From the NCBI GenBank assembly GCA_037441385.1, contig JBBISH010000164.1:1-11306 (forward strand): a stretch of DNA of 11,306 bases, in the 5' to 3' direction. The notes under the pieces were generated by a model. That model was given only the letters and a program-made list of their open reading frames with translations. It was not told where the DNA came from and searched no databases. The translations under genes were made by a program, and so were the position numbers. Origin of the DNA: Myxococcales bacterium (GTDB taxonomy: Bacteria; Myxococcota_A; UBA9042). How positions within the stretch are numbered: the first letter of the stretch is position 1; the number at the start of each line of letters is the position of its first letter. Of this stretch, positions 1-6,780 are shown piece after piece.

Positions 1-55
1 CATCGACCGCGGCCAGGGCCGCCTGCCTTTGCTCCTGCGTGTACGCCTTGCCCAT
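1..55 (-). CDS. N-terminus of a probable transposase / HTH protein (runs off the window start)
   Basis: Not in the ORF track. The minus strand reads GGAGG-TCAAC-ATG (SD at 61-65, ATG at 55-53), then MGKAYTQEQRQAALAAVD. This resembles the 'Y(S/T)xExR/K..A' first helix of IS3/IS481/IS630-type HTH domains, and it lies just inside a candidate IS end. Only 18 codons are visible. Confidence 0.5.
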   Translation of the reverse strand, partial: MGKAYTQEQRQAALAAVD

Positions 56-112
56 GTTGACCTCCGCTCGTCTGGCGGTGGTTTCGCACGGTCCGGCGAT
101 CTGTCAAAATTT

Positions 113-145
113 TTGTACACACCCTCTAACGTTGTACGCACCCTC
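113..145. repeat. 14-bp direct repeat pair with 19-bp period (putative transposase-binding sites)
   Basis: TTGTACACACCCTC (113-126) and TTGTACGCACCCTC (132-145), one mismatch. Confidence 0.75.
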
Positions 146-147
146 CA

Positions 148-296
148 TCGGTTCCGCGGTCGAGGCCCCGGCCGATGGCAGTGGCGTGCGCTTGCGGTTG
201 GGTTCGCGCAATCCGCAGCACCGGCCGGTGCTGGTCGAGGCGAGCAGTGAGGCGGAGTTGCCGGCGGTCGGCGAACGGGTCGAGGTCGTGGCCTAG
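148..296 (+). pseudogene. 3' remnant of a gene apparently interrupted by the IS
   Basis: The frame of ORF 39..296 has host-like GC3-rich codons only after about 148 (GSAVEAPADGSGVRLRLGSRNPQHRPVLVEASSEAELPAVGERVEVVA*). The upstream part overlaps the IS end and has no credible start. Confidence 0.4.
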
Positions 297-386
297 TTCA
301 ACAAGTGCTGCGTCGTGAAGGGCTGTGGGCCATCCGGGCGGGGCCGCGTGCGCTGGCGACCGCCAGTCTCCTAGACTCCCTCCAAA

Positions 387-403
387 GCGACATTTTCTGT
401 CGC
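387..403. promoter_or_regulatory. Perfect dyad GCGACA-N5-TGTCGC, putative operator
   Basis: GCGACA TTTTC TGTCGC in intergenic DNA, with an AT-rich spacer. Confidence 0.4.
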
Positions 404-582
404 ACCCCCCGCGTGCACTACCCTGTGCCGGACCAGAACCCGCCGCCTGAACGCCGCAACGCGCACCGCCATCGACACGGCCTGCGCCGTCGCCTACGGG
501 GACACTGCAGCCTGCCCCCAGTGCCGCTGCCCCGGACCATCCCAAAGGCAAAGCTCTTTCCTTTCAGCCAGTAGAAAATGCC

Positions 583-608
583 CCCCTTTCTTCTCCCCTT
601 TCTTCTCC
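583..608. repeat. Pyrimidine-only 12-bp tandem repeat (CCCCTTTCTTCT)x2
   Basis: Exact copies at 583-594 and 595-606, followed by CC. Confidence 0.75.
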
Positions 609-671
609 AGCGCCCAGTGGTCTGGGACACCTTCCTAATTTCGCCAACGATCTTCCAAAGAATACTGCTGT

Positions 672-700
672 TTGACGCCCGCCCAGCCCAAGCGTAGGCT
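672..700 (+). promoter_or_regulatory. Sigma70-type promoter for the PLP-enzyme gene
   Basis: TTGACG (672-677), 17-nt spacer, TAGGCT (695-700). A relatively AT-rich tract lies upstream, and the GGAGG SD is at 743-747. Confidence 0.6.
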
Positions 701-752
701 CGCCGCGCCCCGGCCTTGGCCGGCGGTGCCCCGACTTGTGCTGGAGGAAACC

Positions 753-2162
753 ATGCTCGACCTCATCTGCCAGGGCTGTGGCCGCACCGTGCCGCTGGAC
801 ACCCCTAGTCCCTGGCGCTGCCCAGGTGCCGGCGATGGCCGCGATCACGTGCTGGCCGCGCCGCCCTATGCCAACGTCGCGGTAGGCCCGGAGTCCAATC
901 CCTTTTTGCGCTACCGCCAGAGCACGAGCGCCTGGCACCTGGCGCAGCAGCACGGCCTCAGCGATGCCGACTACAGCCAACTGGTGCAAGACCTGGACGA
1001 TCAGGTCCGCGCCGTGGACGGTGTGGGCTTTGTGCAGACCCCCTTTGGCCGCAGCCAGGCCCTGCAAGAGGCCGCTGGCGCGTCCGGGCCGGTCTACGTC
1101 AAGGTCGAGACGGCGGCCCCCGGCGGGTCGCACAAGGCCAGGCATCTGATGGGCTTGGCCCTGTTTGCCCAGGTGCAGCAGCGCGCTGGTCTGCTGTCCG
1201 GCGAGCTGCCGCGCCTGGCGATTGCTTCGTGCGGCAACGCGGCCCTGGCGGCGGCGGTGGTCGCCCGCGCCTGGCAGCGGCCGCTCGACGTGTTCATCCC
1301 GCCCGACGCCAACCCGCGGGTGGTCGCCCGCCTGCAAGCCCTGGGGGCGCAAGTCGAAATCTGCCATCGCCAACCGGGCGTGGCCGGCGACCCGTGCTAC
1401 CACGCGTTCTTGCAGGCCGTGGCCCAGGGCGCGCTGCCGTTCTGTTGCCAGGGCAGCGACAACGGTCTGACCATCGAGGGTGGCAAAACCCTCGCCTTCG
1501 AGCTGGCCGAGCAAATGGCCGGCGCGGGCGTGCAGGGCGGTAGGTTGTTCGTGCAGGTGGGCGGCGGCGCGCTGGCTTCCAGTGTTTGGCAGGGGTTGGC
1601 CGAGGTTATGCCTGCTGAAATGCGACCCCGCTTGTACCCGGTGCAGACCCACGGCGCCTTCCCGCTGCGGCGGGCGTGGCTGGCGGTGGCCGTCGAAGTG
1701 GCGCGCGAGCTGGGCGACGCGGCCCTGATCGAGCAGGCGCAGGCCCTGACCCGGACGGGCGAGCCTCAGCAAGACCAACGTTTTGCTGCGAAATTGCACG
1801 CGCGCCTTGCCACCCCGGCCGGACAGGCGGCGCTGCAGCGAGCCCTCCACACCGCGACCCAAGAGCGCGCCCGCTTCATGTGGCCTTGGGAAGAGGCGCC
1901 GCACAGTGTGGCCCACGGCATCCTGGACGACGAGACCTACGACTGGCTGGCGCTGGTGCGCGGCACGCTGGAAAGTGGCGGGTTCCCGGTGATTGCAAGC
2001 GAGGAATTGCTGGTGCGCGCCCACGCTCAGGGCCGTGCCGCAGGCTATCACGCCGATCCCACGGGGACTTCGGGGCTGGCCGGGCTGCTGGTGCTGGCGC
2101 AGGCCGGGGTGCTGGCCGCTGGCGAGCCTGCGGTGGTGCTGTTCACCGGGGTCGAGCGGTAG
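753..2162 (+). CDS. PLP-dependent enzyme, fold type II (PALP / threonine-synthase-like), 469 aa, substrate uncertain
   Basis: ATG 753 follows GGAGGAAACC. Motifs: N-terminal CQGC...WRCP...H putative Zn site; YVKVETAAPGGSHKARH (PLP lysine, cf. KxExxNPTGSFKDRG); ASCGNAALAAA; EGGKTLAFE; VQVGGGAL phosphate loop; DPTG..GLAG; C-terminal VLFTG. Confidence 0.9.
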   Translation: MLDLICQGCGRTVPLDTPSPWRCPGAGDGRDHVLAAPPYANVAVGPESNPFLRYRQSTSAWHLAQQHGLSDADYSQLVQDLDDQVRAVDGVGFVQTPFGRSQALQEAAGASGPVYVKVETAAPGGSHKARHLMGLALFAQVQQRAGLLSGELPRLAIASCGNAALAAAVVARAWQRPLDVFIPPDANPRVVARLQALGAQVEICHRQPGVAGDPCYHAFLQAVAQGALPFCCQGSDNGLTIEGGKTLAFELAEQMAGAGVQGGRLFVQVGGGALASSVWQGLAEVMPAEMRPRLYPVQTHGAFPLRRAWLAVAVEVARELGDAALIEQAQALTRTGEPQQDQRFAAKLHARLATPAGQAALQRALHTATQERARFMWPWEEAPHSVAHGILDDETYDWLALVRGTLESGGFPVIASEELLVRAHAQGRAAGYHADPTGTSGLAGLLVLAQAGVLAAGEPAVVLFTGVER

Positions 2163-2301
2163 TATGCACCCGACCTGATTCACGCCTGTACGGCTTCCGT
2201 AACCCGGTTGGCAACTGGCGAGAATCATGCGGGGACCCCGGTTCGGGCCCGCGGAATTTCCAGAGTTTTCGATCCGATTCGAGCGGATTCCGTATAGCCC
2301 G

Positions 2302-3042
2302 CTACAACCCCACCACCGCCTGCGCCTTGGGATCGCTCCGCGCCTCCAGCACCGCGCGCTTCTCGCCCACCTCCAGCCGCTCGTCCACATCGGCCGGAAG
2401 GGCAAAAGTCGCATGGCCTTGCGTGTCCGCCGTGGCCTCCAGCTGGGTGCCATCCGACAGCGTCAGCCGCAGCGCCTCGCCGCCCGTGGGGGTGTGGCCG
2501 CAGTCGCGCTCGCCCACTACCTTCTTCAGCTCGCGCTCGCCCAGGTCCTCGTCGTGCTCGCCGATCTCGCTCTGCTGGTAGACGGCGCCCAGCAAAAACA
2601 CCAAGCCACCAGCCAAGATCCCGCCTGTCAGCAGGTACCGCTGCTGTTGCGCGCCGGGTCCCTCTTCCGGGTCGGGCGTACGGGTCGCCGTCCAAGCCAG
2701 TCCCGCGCCGCCCAGTAAGCTCGCCGCGCCGCCGACGATCCACTCGGCCAGCAGCGACTGCCCGTCGGCGCGCACCGTGGTGTGACGCACTCCGCGGGCC
2801 CGCTGGCGCAGTTCGTCGCCGCAGCGCGCACGCTGGAACACCGACGCAACTACGGTCAAACCCTCGCGTTTGCCGGCCACCCCCAGCAGCGAGGGCAGGG
2901 TGATCGGCTGCTTGCGCGGCGCCTCCAGCGGCACGGCGCTCAGGGTCGACTCGCGGAGCATCCGCGCGCAGTCGCACAGCAACATTGTCAGCAAACAAGT
3001 TGCCAGCAGGTGCAGGGCAAGGGGGGCGGTGCGGCGGGGCAT
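2302..3042 (-). CDS. Hypothetical exported membrane protein / possible lipoprotein, 246 aa
   Basis: AGGAG SD 6 nt before the ATG, 9 nt after the aroC stop. N-terminus is basic then hydrophobic and ends LLCDC. Two Gly-rich hydrophobic segments (LLAEWIVGGAASLLGGAGLAW; YLLTGGILAGGLVFLLGAVY). Host-like codon usage. Confidence 0.75.
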   Translation of the reverse strand: MPRRTAPLALHLLATCLLTMLLCDCARMLRESTLSAVPLEAPRKQPITLPSLLGVAGKREGLTVVASVFQRARCGDELRQRARGVRHTTVRADGQSLLAEWIVGGAASLLGGAGLAWTATRTPDPEEGPGAQQQRYLLTGGILAGGLVFLLGAVYQQSEIGEHDEDLGERELKKVVGERDCGHTPTGGEALRLTLSDGTQLEATADTQGHATFALPADVDERLEVGEKRAVLEARSDPKAQAVVGL

Positions 3043-3051
3043 GGCGTGCTC

Positions 3052-4197
3052 CTACCTTGTTGCCGGCCAGGCATGGCCAGCCAACAGCGCGTCGGCCAAG
3101 ACAAAAGCCACCGCCGCCTCGACGATCGGCACCGCCCGCGTCACCACGCACGGGTCGTGGCGGCCAGTCACCGTGCGCTCGGACGGCTGCCCGGCCCTGG
3201 TACTGCCCTGTTGCGGCTGGGGAATCGTCGCCGCCGGCTTGAACGCGACCTCCAGCACCAGCGGCGCGCCCGAGGAGATCCCACCCAACACGCCGCCGTG
3301 GTGGTTGCTGGCGAACTGAAAACCGTCCAAGAACGGGTCGTTGTGGACCGTGCCGCGCAATTCCGCCGCCGCAAAGCCCGTGCCGAACTGCACGCCGCGC
3401 GCCGCCGGCAGCGAGAGCAGGGCATGACCCAACATCCCGGTCAGCTTGTCAAACACCGGCTCGCCCCAGCCCGCCGGCAGGCCGCGCACCACGCAGCGCA
3501 CGATGCCGCCCAGGCTGTCGCGCTCGCGCTGGGCCTGCTCCAGCAGCGCTTGCATCGCCGCGTGAGCCTGCGGATCGGGGCAGCGCAGCGGACTTTCGTC
3601 GACCTGCGCGCGGGTCAAGGTCAGCGGGTCGATCGCGTAACCGTGGATCTTTCCAGGCAGAATCTGCGCTGGCGCCGGTCCTTGGGCCACTACTCCGCCG
3701 ATCTGCTGCACCCACGCCACGATCTGGATGGGCGGGCACTGGCTGCGGGTCGCCCAGGCCGCCAGCACGGCCTCGGCGATCGCCCCGGCCGCCACCCGCC
3801 CCACCGTCTCGCGCGCCGACGCCCGGCCCCCTCCGCGCGGATCGCGGCGACCAAAGCGCTGGTCCCAGGTAAAATCCGCGTGACCCGGCCGATAGTGCTC
3901 GTCCAGGCCGCTGTAGTCCTTCGATTTGGCGTCGGTATTCTCGACCAGCACCGCGATCGGCGTCCCCAGCGTCTGGCCCTGGTACACCCCCGACAGCAGC
4001 CGCGCGCGATCGCCCTCTTGCCGCTGGGTCTGGTACTTGTTCTGCCCGGGGCGCCGCCGATCCAGTTGGACCTGGATGGACTCGACCGTTAGGTCCACGC
4101 CCGCCGGGCAGCCGTCGACCACACAACCCAGCGCCGCGCCGTGCGATTCGCCAAAGGTGGTCGCCACCAGCGCCTTGCCAAAGCTGTTGCCCGCCAT
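3052..4197 (-). CDS. aroC: Chorismate synthase
   Basis: GNSFG...TTFGESHG, RRRPGQ, RPGHAD, RGGGRASARET, GWGEPVFDKL, SNHHGGVLGGISSG, FKP and GRHDPCV signature motifs. Confidence 0.97.
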   Translation of the reverse strand: MAGNSFGKALVATTFGESHGAALGCVVDGCPAGVDLTVESIQVQLDRRRPGQNKYQTQRQEGDRARLLSGVYQGQTLGTPIAVLVENTDAKSKDYSGLDEHYRPGHADFTWDQRFGRRDPRGGGRASARETVGRVAAGAIAEAVLAAWATRSQCPPIQIVAWVQQIGGVVAQGPAPAQILPGKIHGYAIDPLTLTRAQVDESPLRCPDPQAHAAMQALLEQAQRERDSLGGIVRCVVRGLPAGWGEPVFDKLTGMLGHALLSLPAARGVQFGTGFAAAELRGTVHNDPFLDGFQFASNHHGGVLGGISSGAPLVLEVAFKPAATIPQPQQGSTRAGQPSERTVTGRHDPCVVTRAVPIVEAAVAFVLADALLAGHAWPATR

Positions 4198-4221
4198 CGA
4201 AAAACCCTTTGGTGGCCCAGC

Positions 4222-5019
4222 CTACGCCAGCGGTCGCAGCGCCAGGGGCTGCACCGTGACGGCCTCGGTCGGCCGATCCTGCCAGCTTCCCTGCAACTGC
4301 CCATCGGGCGCCAGCCCGGAAAGGCGGAACAGCCGCACCTGCTGCAGCGGACCCATGTCCAGCTCGACCATCTGCCGCAGATAGGCAAGCCGCCGCTGCA
4401 GACGTTCGTGCGGCAGGACCCCATCAAAGGCCATGACTTCGCTGCGGATCGCCGCCGCCAGCCCAGCCGCTAGCTCGTGGCGCTCTGGCAGGGGTCCGTT
4501 GGCCACTTCTTGCAGCGGGATCCCGATGTCGTGCAGCGCCGCCGGCAACGGCCCGCGCAGGTTCACGCCAATGCCGCACAGCCAGCGCGCGCCACCGCCC
4601 GGCACCTCCACGCGTTCGGCCAGGATCCCGGCGCTCTTGCGCAGCCCGCGCTGGGTGGCCACCATCACGTCGTTCGGCCATTTCAGCTGCAGGCGCGCAC
4701 CCTGCAAACTGGCATGCGCACTCAAGTACTCCACAGCCGCCAGGCCGGCGAGCAGCGAGAGCCGCGGCCACAGCTCCGCCGCCAACGCGACCGGTCCGGC
4801 CAAGGTCATCAACAGGCCCTGGCCAGCGCTGTCCAGCCACTCCGCGCCGCTGCGTCCGCGACCGGCCGTCTGGTGCTCGGCCGTGATCAGCCGCCAATCT
4901 GCGGCGCCGTCCTGCAAAAGCCAAGTGCGCATCGCCGTTTGGGTCGAGTCCAACTCGCCGTAGCTGCGCACCTGCCAGCCGGCGCCCAATTGCTGCTGCA
5001 GTTGTACGGTGTCCAGCAC
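4222..5019 (-). CDS. birA: Biotin-[acetyl-CoA carboxylase] ligase, class I (no N-terminal HTH)
   Basis: LDSTQ, AEHQTAGRGRSG (GRGRxG biotin loop), LKWPNDV, RKSAGIL and GIGVN. GTG start 3 nt after the dacB stop, with a GGAG SD. Confidence 0.93.
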   Translation of the reverse strand: MLDTVQLQQQLGAGWQVRSYGELDSTQTAMRTWLLQDGAADWRLITAEHQTAGRGRSGAEWLDSAGQGLLMTLAGPVALAAELWPRLSLLAGLAAVEYLSAHASLQGARLQLKWPNDVMVATQRGLRKSAGILAERVEVPGGGARWLCGIGVNLRGPLPAALHDIGIPLQEVANGPLPERHELAAGLAAAIRSEVMAFDGVLPHERLQRRLAYLRQMVELDMGPLQQVRLFRLSGLAPDGQLQGSWQDRPTEAVTVQPLALRPLA

Positions 5020-5022
5020 GGC

Positions 5023-6603
5023 TTACTCCGCTAGCAACCGGCGCAACATCCGGTCCTGCACGCCGCGGTAGGGCCCGGCGCCGTTGATGCCGTTGAAGAA
5101 GAACGCAAAGGCATAGATTTTGTCGCCACTTCCAGCGTAGCCGGCCAGGCCCGAGACATCGTCCAACGTGCCTGTCTTGGCAAAGACCTGACCCAAGGTC
5201 ACCTTGCTCTTCAGTCGCCCGCGCAGGGTGCCGTCCACACCGCCCACCGCCAGGGTCGCCTTCCAGTCCTTGCCCTTCTTGTCCTTGGCCATCGCCCGCA
5301 GCAGGTCCACCACCGCCTGGGCGGTGACCGTGTCGGCGTGGTACAGGCCCGAGCCGTTGCCGATCTTGACGCTGTCCCAGCGAATCTCTAGCCCGCTCAG
5401 GGCCTTCTTGACCCCTTCGGCGGCTTTTTCGCCCGTGGACGGCGGGCCGCCTTGCAGCAGCCCCACTTGCTTGAACAGCGTCTCGGCATAGCCGTTGTGC
5501 GACTGTTTATTGGTGACGCTCGCGATGGCGCGCCAGTCGTGGTGCACGTGCTGGGCGACCACCGGCCCGGTCAGGCTCGACTTGCCGAACACGGGCGCAC
5601 CGGCCACCGCCACGCCCTTTTGCTCCAGCAACTGCCGGAACACCCAGCCGGCGTGGTAGGCCGAGTCCGCCACCCGCCGCCGGCCGCTGCCCACTGCTTT
5701 GGCCGTGGCGGGCAACGAACCCGTGATCACGACTTCGGTTTTCTTGCCGCTCGGCCGCGTGCCCACGGTCAAGGTCGACTTGCCCTTGGCCACGGTGCTG
5801 GCCTGGTTGACCACCACCACCGCCTCGCCCGCGTCCGGCATGACCGTTACCAACGGCGGCGCGCCCACTTCGCCAGGCTTGACCACCACTTGCAGGGTGC
5901 TGGCGTCGACGCTCAGGCCACCGACCGGGGCGCGAAAGGCGGCGTCGGTCGCCTTCTCGTCAAAGCCCTTGGGCAGCTTGTCGTCAAAAACCGTAGCGTC
6001 AATCGTCAGTTTCTTGACGCGGGTGATGCCGCTTGCCTTGACCGCGTCGGCCAGCTTGCCCCACTCGGCCGCCGTCATGCTGGGATCGCCCACGCCGACC
6101 ACGGCCAGGTCCACGTCGCCCGACTTGGCCGAGGCGCGCACCTCGGTGACCGGCTTGGCATCCAGGTCAGCGCTGCGCACAAACGCCGCGGTGGTGAACA
6201 GCTTGGCGACCGACGCCGGGTAGACCTGCTTGGTCGGTTGGGCCTCGAACACGGCTTGGCCGCTGGCCATGTCGACGATGAGCCCCACGGCGGTCATCTT
6301 GCCGGGCGCGCTGCGCCAGATAGCCTGCAAGTCCTCGCCGCGGTTGCCGGTGTGGCGGTCGGCCACCTGGGCGCCCGGGGCGGCGTCTTCTTGGGCATTT
6401 TCGTCCGCCGCCGGGCGCACGGCTGCGGGCGCCGCGGCATGGGCCGGTGGTTTGGCGGCGGGTTGCGGCCGCTGGCCCTTGCCCTTGGCCAGTCCAGGCG
6501 CGGCCCACAGGGCCAAACCTAGAATCAAGAACAAGCGCGCAACCGTAGATTGTTTCAGCGTAAAACCAAGAAGGTTGCTGGATGGGTTCGCGCTGCTCGC
6601 CAT
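5023..6603 (-). CDS. dacB: D-alanyl-D-alanine carboxypeptidase/endopeptidase (PBP4, peptidase S13)
   Basis: PASVAKLFT (SxxK), KQSHNGYAE (SxN), AKTGTL (KTG), GVGDPSM, NGSGL and GGVDGTL. Signal peptide (RLFLILGLALWAAPGLA) followed by a Pro/Ala linker. Start placed at ATG 6603 because of the upstream promoter; ATG 6636 is an alternative. Confidence 0.93.
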   Translation of the reverse strand: MASSANPSSNLLGFTLKQSTVARLFLILGLALWAAPGLAKGKGQRPQPAAKPPAHAAAPAAVRPAADENAQEDAAPGAQVADRHTGNRGEDLQAIWRSAPGKMTAVGLIVDMASGQAVFEAQPTKQVYPASVAKLFTTAAFVRSADLDAKPVTEVRASAKSGDVDLAVVGVGDPSMTAAEWGKLADAVKASGITRVKKLTIDATVFDDKLPKGFDEKATDAAFRAPVGGLSVDASTLQVVVKPGEVGAPPLVTVMPDAGEAVVVVNQASTVAKGKSTLTVGTRPSGKKTEVVITGSLPATAKAVGSGRRRVADSAYHAGWVFRQLLEQKGVAVAGAPVFGKSSLTGPVVAQHVHHDWRAIASVTNKQSHNGYAETLFKQVGLLQGGPPSTGEKAAEGVKKALSGLEIRWDSVKIGNGSGLYHADTVTAQAVVDLLRAMAKDKKGKDWKATLAVGGVDGTLRGRLKSKVTLGQVFAKTGTLDDVSGLAGYAGSGDKIYAFAFFFNGINGAGPYRGVQDRMLRRLLAE

Positions 6604-6640
6604 GCCGTCCACTCGGCGCCCCAAACTGAGCGCCATGGGC

Positions 6641-6669
6641 ACGCTACCATGAATGCCTGCGATGGCCAA
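6641..6669 (-). promoter_or_regulatory. Sigma70-type promoter for dacB-birA-aroC operon
   Basis: Minus strand: TTGGCC (6669-6664), 17-nt spacer, TAGCGT (6646-6641), preceded by TGG (extended -10 TGnTAnnnT). Confidence 0.5.
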
Positions 6670-6705
6670 TTCCGCGGAAAGTCGCCCAGGCTGCGCTGGC
6701 TTGGG

Positions 6706-6734
6706 TTGCCGCTCGCCGCAGTTTGCGCTATGCA
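6706..6734 (+). promoter_or_regulatory. Possible sigma70-type promoter for nadC
   Basis: TTGCCG (6706-6711), 17-nt spacer, TATGCA (6729-6734). The -10 lacks the conserved final T. Confidence 0.3.
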
Positions 6735-6780
6735 GCCGCCCGTGCCGCAGTTGCCGCGGCCGCCCCTGCGAGGCCCGTCC

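Larger units (their letters stand above)
1..147 (-). mobile_element. Candidate left end of an insertion sequence/transposon
   Basis: From 147 the minus strand reads TGGAGGGTGCGTACAACGTTAGAGGGTGTGTACAAAAATTTTGACAG. It has a 5'-TG terminus, two 14-bp direct repeats and an AT-rich patch. A transposase-like start lies about 90 bp inside, and GC3-rich coding-like sequence begins abruptly at about 148. Confidence 0.45.

Noticed and set aside
126..630. Short ORFs 126..551(-), 305..574(+), 418..630(-) as intact genes
   Set aside because: No convincing SD, weak codon bias, Arg/Gly/Pro-rich translations; only a possible internal relic is noted as a finding.
672..752. TTG start at 672 for the PLP enzyme
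   Set aside because: That TTG is the -35 box; ATG 753 has a strong GGAGG SD.
2229..2260. GGTTCG as a tRNA T-loop
   Set aside because: No cloverleaf, no GTTCRA consensus and no acceptor stem.
564..2453. 629-aa minus-strand ORF
   Set aside because: Antisense shadow of the PLP enzyme, as expected with high-GC codon bias; no recognisable motifs.
6550..6780. N-terminal extension of nadC to 361 aa
   Set aside because: NadC similarity begins at about MWFDHP..ALAED; the extension overlaps the dacB start and the promoters.
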